A stretch of 64,000 bases of DNA, taken from the NCBI GenBank assembly GCA_951406725.2, contig OX597834.1, forward strand, positions 30,504,001 through 30,568,000, written 5' to 3'. Below are positions 27,081-40,580 of the stretch, in pieces. Source of the DNA: Octopus vulgaris. Taxonomy: Eukaryota. How positions within the stretch are numbered: the stretch's first letter is position 1; the number at the start of each line of letters is the position of its first letter. The notes below the pieces were generated by a model, which worked only from the letters and a program-made list of their open reading frames with translations, was not told the origin of the DNA and made no database searches. The position numbers were made by a program, and so were the translations under genes.

Positions 27081-27466
27081 TCTCTCTCTATATAAACGGC
27101 AGTTTGTCTGTGTGCGTGTCTGTGTGTCTGTTAGAGGTTGTACCCTCACCCTGACCACGGCTTTCAACCAATTCTGATGAAACTTGACACACATATAGCC
27201 CAATGTCATAATTCAAAACTAACGCAGCGAAAATTTTGAAAAGTTCCCCCAGTTCTGAAAAAAATCGATAAATTCGACATGGGGTCGAGAATGAGAAACA
27301 CAAACCACAGACTGTCTAGGGGACGCAACTCGACCTTTTTAACTCTCAAAAAAAAATTTACCATAATTTTTTCCCATTTTTTTGCTATATTTTGGCTATA
27401 ACTATCTAAAAATGCTTTATAGTTATTTCCCTTACAAATCCGAGCAACGCCGGGCGATACTGCTAG
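27081..27466 (+). mobile_element. Non-autonomous Helitron
   Basis: A|TCTCTCTCTATATAAACGGC...CCGAGCAACGCCGGGCGATACTGCTAG|T. Confidence 0.85.
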
Positions 27467-28618
27467 TATTATATATTTTACATGTTTCATGATGTTTGTA
27501 GTATTCTTTCTTTTACTTTTACAGGTGTATGTGTGTAGGGGTAGAGGTTTCCAAGAAACAGCTTGACCCTTTGCTATCCATGGTCCCAGAGAAACTGATA
27601 ACATAGCAAGAATTTCAAAAAAGGGTCAGCAATTTCAAAAAAGCCAATCACAAAAGAAGGGCCGGTGAAAAGATGCTAGCACTGGTGGTATCACAGCATG
27701 GCCACAGATGTTGCGCTGAAACACATAAAAGAATATGTCTATGTGTGTGATTTTGTATTTGACCTCTACCATCACCTGACAACCGTTGTTGGTTTGTTTA
27801 TGTCCCTGTAATTTGGCAGTTCAGCAAAAAGAGATGGATAGAATAAATATCAAGCTTATATGAAACAAATGTACTGATGAAGGGTTGTTCAATGAAAATC
27901 CTTTCAAGGAGGTGCCCCAGCATGGCCACAGTCCAGTAACTGGAACAAGTAAAAAGAATATAATATGTAGTTCAAATTTCCAGGTATACATACACCTGAC
28001 TTAGAGTACCAATCACCTTATTTAGCTACAGGATAATAGATTCACCTGATAATGAACACACACACACACACACACACACACTTCAAACATTAAATAAAAC
28101 TGTCCATTAAACATAGTTTTTGTTATTGATTAACTTCAGTCTATTGAGCTGGAAAACCTTATCCAACATCACTGCTAAATTGAATTGGAAGTTATTGGTT
28201 TGGTTGATTTCATGGGAGTGGCTGTGTGGTTAAGAGGTTGGTTTCTCGATCATGTGGTTTGGGGTTCAGTTCTACTGTTAGGCACATTGGGCAAATGTCT
28301 TCTACTATACACCCCAGGCTAAAGTGTTGCTTGACTTCACGGATTCAGTTTGGTCCTCTAAGTTTAGATCCATCATAATTTTTTTTAACCCCTGAGTAAA
28401 AATTCCAAGTCAAAAGTTTGGGAATAAAGATTTATGAGTAGAAATTAAGGCAGTTTGTTCTCATATTCTGTGTGTAGTTAGATGTAAATTCAACTGACGG
28501 AAAGGGTTTCTTTGCAATGATGTAATGTTCTCATTAATCAATTGAAGGAGTCGTTAGAAATGGCTGTAATGACTTGACACCTGTCCCTCTTTGTTACTCA
28601 TATATATATATATATATA

Positions 28619-28994
28619 CTAGCAGTATAGCCCAGCGTTGCTCAGGCTTGTTTTCTTTTCTTTAGAATTGGAATTTTTGAAAAGTAAAAATTTTGTATTA
28701 TGTAGCTTGTTATCCTCTTTAAGTGAACATTTTTTCTGGTTGAAATACACCGATCAATGGCGACACAGCAATAAAAAAATCGTAAAAAGTAGGGATTTTC
28801 AGAGAAAAAAAGCACCTTTTTGATGTAGATAATTTTTGGTGTTAACATGGTCCGATTTGAATTTTTTCTTCTACGGAATGAAGAGCAAGCCTTCTTCTAT
28901 CATACTCTCAATTTTGGTCAACTTGCGCTGCAGGGTCTCGGAGGAGATAGTCTGCCATACATACACAGACATTTTCAGCTTTATATATATATAT
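28619..28994 (-). mobile_element. Non-autonomous Helitron (second internal type)
   Basis: Same CTAG/hairpin 3' end. Body shared with 61595-61992. Confidence 0.75.
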
Positions 28995-29257
28995 GGGCTT
29001 GTGTGCAGAAACAGGTTCTTAAATATGAATGAATAAGAATCTACCATTTGTAGTCTAAATTGCATTTATATGCAATGTGTATATGTATGTTACAGACATT
29101 TAGTAGACAGGCATTACCTAGGAGTGGAGAGATCATTTTTCTGCATCTGTTGATCACCTTTGACTCTGTGTTGCGTGTGTACACAAGCATGCATAAATGC
29201 ATAGATATACATATATGTACTTGTACACATATAAATGTGTGTGTGTGCATACATATA

Positions 29258-29311
<54 letters not shown>

Positions 29312-29398
29312 TATATACATATATATGTACATAGATATATGCAGACACACACACTCACATATATGTTAATATATGTCTGTATATATGTGTGTATGTGG

Positions 29399-29430
<32 letters not shown>

Positions 29431-30229
29431 GTAAGAGCGCATATGTCACGAGAATGTCCCACTTTATTATCTATATTGTGTGTGTATGTGTGTATAAAAC
29501 GTATATATATATATATATCTTGACACACACACATTCCAATAGACAGATATATAGAACCTGTTGAAAGCCTCTGCTTTATACCAGCCACAAAATCCTGACA
29601 AAAAGCAGTTTGTTTTTTGGTGGATATTTCAAATTGCTTCGGCCAGCACCTAGTGTGGAGAACAAGAGCATATTTATTACCCATGCATCGTATAGATAGT
29701 GGGTTTACTTTTGATAAATTTAGTGTCTATAATAATACCAACCTTTAAAACAAGTAACTAGTTTCTTGTATAAATTTCCTCTCCCTCCCTCTCTCTCTCT
29801 CTCTCCCAAATTCTCGGTAAACTCCTCAGTAAGCAACAACTAATAATAATTGAATGGGCTGTTTGTTGGTACTCAGAGAATAAGCTATTTATTAATGTTG
29901 CTTGCTTTATATATATATATATACATATATACACACCATATTTGCTGCTATAAATGGCACACTGGCATATTAGATACAACCCAATGTTTTTAATGCATAA
30001 AACATGTAATATAGGATCCAGCTTTTTGTGACACTTTTAAGGAAAAAAAGTGTGTCTTATATGTCACTAAATGTGTCAAAACCATAATGATATCCATGTG
30101 GCAGCTGATGATGGGGGTATGTTGGATTGTTGGTATGGCTGTTTTTGTATATGTGGATTAGTATTATAACACATCCTTTTGATATATATAATGATAAAGT
30201 GGCCAGCAAACATAACCAAACAGGCAAAA

Positions 30230-30573
30230 TCTCTATATATATAAACGGCAAAATGTCTGTGTGTGTGTCCTTTACACAAATCCACAATTTTTCAGTTAGA
30301 GAGCTCGCACTTTCTATGGTCATTCAAAACTGTCCAAGAGTGGCCGTACACATCTTTACATTTCCCCAGTCACCCCGCAAAGCCATTAAAAAATCAATAG
30401 AAGTGACTTTTTCGTGAATTTTCTATCTAAAACCCAATCAAAATGCCTGAAACTTGATACGCCAATTGAATGCCAGCTAGCTGTATGTGATTGGTCAGAG
30501 ATTTGGACAGTACTCGCATATATGTGTGCATGCATTTGCACTATGACCTGGCGTTGTCGGGTCATAGTGCTAG
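30230..30573 (+). mobile_element. Non-autonomous Helitron (different 3' hairpin)
   Basis: A|TCTCTATATATATAAACGGC start, GCACTATGACC...GGTCATAGTGC hairpin, then CTAG|T. Confidence 0.8.
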
Positions 30574-31009
30574 TATATATTAAAAGTCAGGGTACAAAGT
30601 GTACCTGTTTGCTAGAAAGAAGAGTTAAGACTCTCCAAAGCCACATGTCTCTCACTATATGTAAACGCACACAGAGAATGTAGAAATACATTTAGATAAA
30701 TGGTCATCCCTATTTGTAAAACTACAAAGAGAAGAGTAAATATCCCAGTATCAATGGATTTTGCTTTCTGTGCCTAATTGACACTGAAAGCTCATCAGCT
30801 AAGCTTACTGCTTAAATTATTTTCAAAAATATAGTTACTATTCTATATGTGTCTAGCTATGAGGGAAATATTACCTTGCTTGGAAACAGGTGAAGGTTGG
30901 TGACAGGAAGGCCATCCAGACATAGAAAATCTGCCTCATTAAATTCCGTTTAACCCATTCACAAACACTGAGGAAGTGGACGTTAAATGATTGTGATGAC
31001 AATATCCCT

Positions 31010-31256
31010 CCTTTTTTCTAAAGCCTAGCCAGGCTCATGGGCCCAGTTTCCCGGTTTCAATGGCATATGTGTTCCCCAGCTGGACGGGACGCCAGTCCAT
31101 CGGCGTTACTCATTGTTTGCCAGCTGAGTGATGTGGGGCAACGTGAAATGAAGTGTTTTGCTCAAGAACACAATGCGTCGCCCGGTCCAGGAATCGAAAC
31201 CACAACCTTGTGGTCATGATGCTGACACCCTAACCACTAAGCCACGTGCCTTCACT
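31010..31256 (-). mobile_element. tRNA-derived SINE (family E) with 14-bp TSD
   Basis: A/B boxes on the minus strand. ATGACAATATCCCT duplicated at 30996-31009 and 31257-31270. Confidence 0.85.
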
Positions 31257-31522
31257 ATGACAATATCCCTACACATTAATGTTCCAACTGTGACTCCAGT
31301 TTTTTGTTCCAAGATTGCATAGATTGGACACAGTTTGTTGAGGCAGATTTTTTTACAAGCGGATGCCCTTCCTGTCACCAATCCTTAACTGCTTCCAAGT
31401 AAGGTAATATTTTCCTCACGAACAGACATGATTTTCAGGGGAGACTAGAAGAAAACAACATTGCTTGTATGATGGTGTTGGTTAGTCACAATCATTACGT
31501 GATGTGGAGACAAGGGCACCCT

Positions 31523-31566
<44 letters not shown>

Positions 31567-31799
31567 CACACACCGTTTCTTAATTCTTAGGACATAAACA
31601 ACATACAATTCTTTGAAGAAAATGCTATTTGGCTGACACCGCAGGGGTTAAGAGGTTTAGAACAAAAATGAAGGCAGACCATCAGTCCAGTTGCACCACA
31701 CACAAACGCATACCTAAATCCATTTAGCCTTACACATACCAAGTCCATATATATATAAAACTTTGTTATTCAATAATTATTTTTTGTATTTAATTATAG

Positions 31800-32027
31800 A
31801 CCCGTCATGATTTCCAGTCAACATTTCCAAGACACGGCTGAAGCAGAAATTAAATCTAAGCGTGTAATCCAGCCGATGAGGTGGGGTCTTGTGCCATCTT
31901 GGCACAAAGGCAACCCTAACAGCATCCCTTACCAAACCAATAACTGTAAGTCTGAAACTATGTTGGAAAAGAAGATGTTTAAAGTTCCTTTGGAAAAGGG
32001 TAGACGATGCGTTGTTCTCGCTGAAGG
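31800..32027 (+). CDS. HMCES: HMCES/SRAP coding exon (MRWGLVPSW...GRRCVVLAEG)
   Basis: ttatAG acceptor at 31798-31799 and GTATGT donor at 32028. 228 nt, phase 2-2, joins the previous exon as AC+A=Thr. Contains the SRAP hallmark motifs PMRWGLVPSW, TNNCKSET and FKVPLEKGRRCVVLAEG. Confidence 0.93.
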
Positions 32028-33169
32028 GTATGTACTCTCATGTTGCTTTCCTTTTTTCATTCTGCCTTTTTTTTTTGTTTTTCTGTTTATTTTCTTTTCC
32101 TTTTTTTCCTTTCTTTTTGTCATTTTCTTTCATCCTTTTCCTTTTTTCTTTCTGTCTTTCTTTCACCTCTTTTTCTCTGTCTTTCTCTCTTCCTTTTTTT
32201 TTACCTCCCCTCTCTTTCTCTCTTCCTCTCTTTTTCTTTCCTTTTTCCCTTCTACCTTAACAACTAAATTCCCCTCAAATCACATCCTACCCCCTTAAAA
32301 GACGTATTAAATAATGTAGTCTTAGACAGACTTTTGATAAAGGACCAACGAAAGACAGGAGGATCATGCTTGGAACACAGTATATCAGCTCAATCAGAAC
32401 TGGCCTGGGGTTGAATAACAGCAACAACAATCAATCACTAAAATAGATTATTGTAATCCAGCTTATGAGTAATTTTACTTTTATACTTATCTCTTGCCGG
32501 TGTTCTTTGACCCAAGGTCAACCATGACTGACCAGATTTTTGATCCAAAATGTTCCAGGTAGATTTTTTTTCATATTTCATCAATATGTATTTAGGATTT
32601 TTTTTTATTTAGGTGTGGGCATGGTTGCATGGTTAAGAAGCTCACTTTGTAACCACATGGTTTTGGGTTCAATCCCATTGCATGGCACCTTGGGAAAGTG
32701 TCTTCTACTACAACATCAGACTGACCGATGCCTTGAGAATGGATTTGAAGACTTGCTCAAAATGCTTACAATGTAATGAACATATTCCACACGAAAAGCA
32801 TTCAGTCCACACTATAAAGTGCTTGGCGTTTGGAAGGGCATCCTGTAAAAATCATGCCAAAACTGACCTCACCTGGGCCACATCAAAAGCACTCTGTCAA
32901 CTCTACAGTGTGGTTGGTGTTAGGAAGGGCACCTGGTTGTAAAAACTATGCCAAAACAGATGCAGAAGTCAGGTGCATGCTCCTGCCTGGCCAGCTCCTG
33001 TCAAACCATCCAACCCATGCCAGCATGGAAGGTGGACATTAAACAATGATGATGATGATGTGTGTGTATGTGTAATTATTTTTAGGAATGGTGAATCTCA
33101 GAGTAGATGAGGCTATAAATAATAGTATATAAATACTGGGTTAAGAACCCTTTAGACACCAGAGCCAAA

Positions 33170-33241
33170 GGCCGTTCCTGGGACTTGAACCCACATCTTC
33201 TGTAAACAGGACAGGTGTCCTACCATTGGACCAAAGCAATC
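33170..33241 (-). pseudogene. Diverged tRNA-like sequence related to the 60089 and 61196 copies
   Basis: Minus strand TTGCTTTGGTCCAATGGTAGGAC...GGGTTCAAGTCCC. Confidence 0.5.
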
Positions 33242-33794
33242 CTTCAAATTTTTCTCTCCATTTTAGAATCTTTATTCTCTATTAACAAGAATTGTATGTT
33301 GTTTATGTCCTAAGAATTAAGAAACGGTGTGTAGGATGTGTGTGTGTGGAGGGTGCCCTTGTCTCCAGATCACGTAATGGTTGTGACTAACCATCACCAT
33401 CATACAAGCAATATTGTGTTTTCTTCTAGCCTTCCCTTGAAAAATCATGTCTGTTCGTGGGGGAAATATTACCTTAATTGGGAGCAGTTAAGGATTGGTG
33501 ACAGGAAGAGCATCCACTTGTAAAAAATCTGCCTCAACAAACTGTGTCCAATCTATGCAATCTTGGAACAAAAAAATGGATGTCACAATGATGATGACAA
33601 TGACTATAGGGTTTTCTTTACATTTTTGTCTCTACCCTTTCCCCACCCTGGCCAGACAAGTAATAAACAACCACACAGAAAGAAGAAAAGAAAACGGAAA
33701 ACTATTTGGGAAAAAAACAATAACATTGGTTTGTGAGAAAAAGTTTATTTTTATGGTTCAGAATAATAAAGGGATTTGCTGTATTTATATATGT

Positions 33795-33799
33795 TTATT

Positions 33800-33830
<31 letters not shown>

Positions 33831-34091
33831 ATGTGTGTGTGTGTATGTATATGTGTGTGTGTGTGTGTATGTATGTGTGTGTATGTGTGTGTGTATGTGT
33901 GTGTGTATGTGTGTGTGTGTATGTGTGTGTGTGTATGTGTGTATGTGTGTGTATGTATGTGTGTGTATGTATATATGTGTGTGTATATGTGTGTATGTAT
34001 TTATGTGTATGTATATGTGTGTGTGTATGTATTTATGTGTATGTATATGTATGTATGTATGTATGTATGTATATATGTATGTATATATATG

Positions 34092-34136
<45 letters not shown>

Positions 34137-34282
34137 ATATATATATATATATTCATACATACTTTTAGAGATACGTGTGTGTGTGTGTGTGAGCAATCTT
34201 TCATACATATGTGCATGCATCCACACCTTGTACATAAATACATGCATATAGATGTCCATATGTGCATCACACACACACACAA

Positions 34283-34320
<38 letters not shown>
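33795..34320. repeat. Compound (GT)/(AT)/(AC) microsatellite, one of many in the window
   Basis: Visible dinucleotide runs. Similar tracts at ~12360-12745, 29200-29430, 39380-39610, 47450-47770, 56770-56890 and 58835-59180. Confidence 0.95.
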
Positions 34321-34322
<2 letters not shown>

Positions 34323-34879
34323 AGCTTCCTGGGCTACATCTAGGTCAGACAAACAGATTTATGTTTATTCTTCCTTTGAATAAATTTCCTTCAAGTCATT
34401 AAATTGTAACCTTCACCACCCTTGTTACTACTACTACTACTACTACTACTGCTACTACTAATACTACTACTACTACTACTTTATGACACCAGTGGTATCT
34501 CCCTCCACACTTTAATACATGTTTGATGTTTATTTTGTAACAATCATTTGTCTTAGTTTTTTTGCTGTTTAACACTTTGATTGTGAAGCTCCAATGTTTT
34601 ATCTGGACAGGAAAAGGCTTCACACATCTTAAGATAATGTTGAGGAGGATCACAGTGGTGGTGGTGGTGGTGGTGGTGATGGTGCTGGTGGTGGCAGTTG
34701 TTGTTGTTTTTATTATAAGGGGCAGTGGGCCTGAAATTTGGTGGTGGTGAGGGGCTAGTCATCAATGCTGAAAGGATGAAAGGCTAAGTCAACCTTGACA
34801 GAATTTGAACTCAGAAAATCAAGATAGATACACGAAATGCTATGTGACATTTTGTCCCACCATGTTCACAATCTTGTTA

Positions 34880-35335
34880 GGAAACTAACGACAGAATATG
34901 AAGTCACTACCCCCAGAACAACACAGATAAATATATCTACCCCCACGTTGAAGGAGGTCGCAACCTGACACAGATAAAGAACTACTATAAAATAACAACA
35001 GTTAGAAAAATACTAAGAAACGAAAAGTAGAACACTTTATTGTCTATAATAACAGGTACTAAAGTAACAGGAAAAAAAGCAAACAGTGGTGGTGGGGTCT
35101 CTATACACGAAAAAACAACAAAATAGAAAACAGAAACAAACTATGCTGATATACTGATCTCAGATGATACCATAGCTGTTGTATATATATATATATATAT
35201 ATATACAGATATGACCGAGTAAGTAGTTATGTCCACTGGATAATATGTCAACACTACAACATAAAATCCAACAAGAAATGGTATAAGCATGTGTCCAAAC
35301 AAGGTACATGACAACAGCCTGGCCACTATCAATAA
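34880..35335 (+). mobile_element. Degenerate R4/Dong-like non-LTR retrotransposon remnant
   Basis: Fragments read NTDKYIYPHVEGGRNLTQI (cf. LYxPRxxGGRGL) and RYDRVSSYVHWIICQHYNIKSNKKWYKH (cf. RHDxVxxxxHWxxC...WYxH). Confidence 0.65.
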
Positions 35336-35748
35336 TAATAATCCTTTCTACTATAGGTACAAGGCCCGAAATTTTTGAGGAGGGGACTAATTGATTATAT
35401 ATATATATATATTATATTATATCTGCCATGATGAATTCCATGTGACCCATGCAAGCATTGAAAAGTGGATGTCAAATCAAAGGTCATGACGATGACAACA
35501 ATCTTCGTATTTTGTGAATTTGTTCCTCCGCTTTTGATACCAAACTGTCTGAGACCACCTCCGGTTTTAGGATATAAACTCACTGTTTCCAAGAGATCTA
35601 AATCAAAAGCGTTCATCAAAATTTCATGTTAAATTTATGTTCCAAACACCAGATTAATAACAAAGGTGTTTCACTTTATTACTTTAGAATGAATTAAGAA
35701 TAGTTTATGTGTGTTTCTAAAGAAATAGGTATTACTAACAATGTAAAA

Positions 35749-35981
35749 AGGCAGTGAGCTGGCAGAAACGTTAGCGCGCCGGGCGAAATGCTTAGCGGTA
35801 TTTCGTCTGTCATTATGTTCTGAGTTCAAATTCCGCCGAGGTTGACTTTACCTTTTCATCCTTTCGGGGTCGATTAAATAAAGTACCAGTTTCGCACTGG
35901 GGTCGATGTAATCGACTTAATCCGTTTGTCTGTCCTTGTTTGTCCCCTCTATGTTTAGCCCCTTGTGGGCAGTAAAGAAAT
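35749..35981 (+). mobile_element. tRNA-derived SINE family B, representative copy
   Basis: GAGCTGGCAGAA...GAGTTCAAATTCC B box and central CCTTTCATCCTTTCGGGGTCGAT motif. Further copies near 1283, 12748, 21554, 25532, 36958, 49174 and 60715. Confidence 0.9.
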
Positions 35982-36167
35982 ATATGTGTGTTTCAAAAGA
36001 CATACAGTAAGGTAAAAGGTTAAATCACTTTGTGAAAAATGTAGAAATAAAATGCCATATGAATGACACACATTGGTTTAGGACCAGGGGGACTTAACAC
36101 TTTTGTTTCTGTTGAAATATATTGCCTGTGTTTCAGTTAACTTTCAAAATGATAAAGAATTCATTAA

Positions 36168-36386
36168 CCCTTTAGTATTTAAACCGGCCATATCCGGCCA
36201 AAATATTTAATCTGTTTTATGTTCAAACTGACCAGATCCAGGCTCTCACACCTACCCTACAATGTTATTCTACATTAAGTAATTACACCATCAAGATCTT
36301 GAAGATATGAGAAAATGCATGATTAATTCAAATCAATGGGAATCAATAGGCATTATGTTTGATGGAATAATCTGAACACTAAAGGG
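36168..36386. mobile_element. piggyBac-type MITE family 1, nested in an older family-2 MITE
   Basis: TTAA duplications on both sides, CCCTTTAG/CTAAAGGG ends. Flanks ~36094-36530 resemble the 50298 element. Confidence 0.8.
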
Positions 36387-37933
36387 TTAAAGTAACTTGG
36401 TTGTTAAGAAGCTGGTATTTGTTACTTAACACGAAAGTTTACTCAAAGGTTTTAATTTAGATTACCTTAAAATAGGAAGTTTGTATCTTAGAAACCAGGG
36501 GTAACATTGGGCAGGTTGGCATTAAGAATTAAGGGTTCCTTCAGTTAACTCTTGTCTGTTGCAAACATTTAAATTAGGTCCCTTGATTTGTAGATAACTT
36601 GATTGGCTACTGTACCACTTCCAACCATACTAACCCTCAAGACATCATCCTCATTTAATGTCCAGTGTCCATGCTAGAATGGCTTGGACAGTTTGGCAGC
36701 ATCCTACAAGCTGGTGTTCTATGTTGAGCTCTGTTTGTTTTAACATGCTTTTGTTTTTTATGATTTGATGCCCTTCCTGAAGCCAACAAGGACAGCTTCG
36801 TTTGCCTCTTTCACATATCTTCTCCAGCTTCAGAAGTTCTAATTATTAGTGCTGCCTTTATTTCTCTGTCTAAACCGTAAAAAACGTTTTGTTCTGTTCT
36901 TTCTTTTTAAATACACATTGAGAGATCACAGCAGCGGTATTACTGACAATGTAAAAAGGCGGCGAACTGGCAGAAACGTTAGCACGTCGGGCGAAATGCT
37001 TAGCGGTATTTCATCTGCCACTACGTTCTGAGTTCAAATTCCGCCGAGGTCGATTTTGCCTTTCATCCTTTCGGGGTCGATTAAATAAGTACCAGTTACG
37101 CACTGGGGTCGATATAATTGACTTACTCCGTTTGTCTGTCCTTGTTTGTCCTCTCTGTTTTTAGCCCCTTGTGGGTAGTAAAGAAATAGGCATTTCGTTT
37201 GCTGCTATGTTCTGAGTTCAAATCCCGCCGAGGTCAACTTTGCCTTTCATCCTTTCGGGGTCGATTAAATAAGTACCAGTTACACACTGGGGTCGATATA
37301 ATCGACTTAATCCGTTTGTCTGTCCTTGTTTGTCCCTTCTGTGTTTAGCCCCTTGTGGGTAGTAAAGAAATAGGCATTACTGACAATGTGATTAGAATGG
37401 CACAGGGAAGACTTACAAGATAAATTCTCCAAGCCTAGCCAACCAGCAAGAGACCCCAGGGGCAGGACCAAACAGTTGGATAGTATCTATTGTCTCCATT
37501 GGTCACACTTGACAACCCAGCTGGAAATTGTAATGAGGGTTGCTTCTGATAGGACCCCATCATAGAAGTGCTCGAGGCCTCTAACCCCCCACAATACTCT
37601 CAGAAATAGTGAGCAGCGAGAGAGAGATTGATGGATGGATGGATGGATAAATACAATAATAATTGTTGTCATATGAAAAAAAGATTCATTGTCAAATTCA
37701 CATTTAGTATTCATTGTCCAGTTTTAACTAGATTCATTTTCTCTGTTCTATTAAATCTGGAGTTTTCACATGAAAGCAAAATATCAACAAAAAACAAAAA
37801 CATTATCTTCACCTAAAATTCCCAGCAGAAAACACAGAAGCAATGATTGGTCGCTTCATTAACTGGTAGTGACAAACAGATAAACTGAAGTCAATCTCTC
37901 TCTCTCTCTGTACATACACACTCTGTATGTATG

Positions 37934-37971
<38 letters not shown>

Positions 37972-38199
37972 CACACACGCACATACATATATGTCTCTAT
38001 CACATTTGGCAAATGAGCTGGAAATGTATATTTTGTTATTTTGGGTTGTTGTTATTTTATTTATTTATTTATCCATCTTTCCTGGCTGAAGTCTGTGTTT
38101 TCTGATTCTGGATTGGACTGCTGCCATTGAACTTTTCCAAGTTTAGCGCCGTTCAATTTTATTGATGGCTCTTTACATTGTTTAAATTTTGCTTTATAA

Positions 38200-38298
<99 letters not shown>

Positions 38299-38770
38299 TC
38301 ATTTAACGTCCGCTTTCCAGGCTAGCATGGGTTGGACGGTTCAACTGGGGTCTGGGGAGCCCGAAGGCTGCACCAGGCCAGTCAGATCTGGCAGTGTTTC
38401 TACAGCTGGATGCCCTTCCTAACGCCAACCACTCCGAGAGTGTAGTGGGTGATTTTATGTGCCACCGACACAGGTGCCAGATGAGGCTGGCGAACAGCCA
38501 CGCTTGGATGGTGTTTTTTTATGTGCCACCGACACAGGTGCCAGACGAGGCTGGCAGATGGCCACGCTCGGATGGTGTTTTTATGTGCCACAGACACAGG
38601 TGCCAAATGAGGCTGGCGAACGGCCACGATCGGATGGTGTTTGTTACGTGCCCACAGCACGGAGGCCAGTCGATGCGGTACTGGCTACGGCCACGTTGGG
38701 ATGGTTTTCTTGTGTGCCACAAAGATACAAATTCCATTGATGTTCATCTATTTTGATTTGTTTTGATTTG

Positions 38771-38821
<51 letters not shown>

Positions 38822-38949
38822 GCATCCAGCTATAGAAACTCTGCCAGATGAAGATGGGAGCCTGGTGCAGCCATCTGGTTCGCCAGCCCTCAGTCAAAAT
38901 CGTCCAACCCATGCTAGCATGGAAAGCGGACGTTAAACGATGATGATGA

Positions 38950-38990
<41 letters not shown>

Positions 38991-39496
38991 CACACATGCA
39001 CATACATATGTCTTATGTATTTTATATGTATTTCATATATGTATATTGTGTGTGTGTATATTATTTCTTTACACACCTCGATTCTTATATCTCCATCAAC
39101 AGATCTTTATTTCATTGTTAGTCTCTTATAGCCATTCCATCTCTGCATCTGTCTCCTCTTTCTTATTTTCCTCTGTACCCTCTAGACAGTCCCCCCCCCC
39201 CAACTGCCTCTAACTTTGTCTACCCACTTACTTAGAACAACATACGCACATGGAGATGGTTCAATAAAAATCTATATAATTGTCAGAATGAAACCTCATA
39301 TTTCACTTCTTCCATGCTGCAAAATAATATATTCCACATTATGAACTTTTTGTATCGCTATTTATCTGTAGTTATCTTTATATCTATCTATCTATCTATC
39401 CTACCTCTGCTTTCTTTCTATCTATTTATCTATCTGTTTCTATTTCTATGTATCTGTCTTTCATTTTCTCTCTCTATATATATATTTCTATCTTTG

Positions 39497-39551
<55 letters not shown>

Positions 39552-39556
39552 CTATT

Positions 39557-39587
<31 letters not shown>

Positions 39588-39811
39588 TTATCTGTCTATC
39601 TATCCATCCATCTATTTGTCTATCAGTCTGTCTCTTTATCTAACTATTTCTGTTATGGTCTTTCTTTTTCTCGTTGTCTCCTTCCCTCTCCTCTCTCTCT
39701 CTCTCTCTCTCCCATCTATCTTGCTACCTATCTCTTACTATCTTTCTCTCTTTTCCTCACTCTCTCTTCTCCCTCTGTCCCACTATCTCTCCTTTCTCTC
39801 TCAATCACACT

Positions 39812-39849
<38 letters not shown>

Positions 39850-40545
39850 ACTTCTTTCTCTTCATCCTTTTGAACTTCAAAGCAACCAAACAGTAAACTA
39901 GAAAATTTTTCATTTCATCTTGAATAAAATCAATTAAAAAAATCGTATTTCACCCTCTTTTCCCTTTCAGCCTCTACCACCACCACCACCTCCACCACCA
40001 CCCTCTTTTATCTGATATACGTTACCTACATTAGTAGTTCTTTCAGATATTTATATATATACAGTTTTGCCATTATTTTTCCTCTTTTTGTTTCGTTTCT
40101 TACATTTCAAACCGTTTCATGTCCTATTTATTGGCTCCAGCTACTCTCGAGCTCCTGGGGGCCTTCATCTCATGTGGAAGCTGGTAATAGTCGGACTTTG
40201 CAAGATCTCCATGAAAATATTCCTTTGAAGAAAATTTACCAATACACAGAATTGGTGAACTTGAAGTTCACCAATTCTATGAATTAGGTGCGGGGTGGGG
40301 AGAAGGAAGACCGCATTCATTTTTAAGGACACAAAAATAATTTAGTGAAAATTATATAGGCGCAGTAGTGGCTGTGTGGTAAGTAGCTTGTTTACCAACC
40401 ACATGGTTCCAGGTTCAGTCCCACTGCGTGGCACCTTGGGCAAGTGTCTTCTACTATAGCCTCGGGCCGGCCAAAGCCTTGTGAGTGGATTTGGTAGACG
40501 GAAACTGAAAGAAGCCCGTATTCTCAAAGCATGAGGAAGAAGCTT

Positions 40546-40580
<35 letters not shown>

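Noticed and set aside
27875-27900. CTGATGA...GAAA hammerhead-like text; other CTGATGA hits at ~14679, ~27174 and ~44571
   Set aside because: No supporting stems or cleavage triplet.
32028-32298. Phe-rich 'transmembrane' tail of ORF 31807-32298
   Set aside because: Read-through past the GTATGT donor into a pyrimidine-rich intron.
33495-34352. Longest ORFs (282 and 185 aa, Cys/Val- or His/Thr-rich)
   Set aside because: Dinucleotide microsatellite translations.
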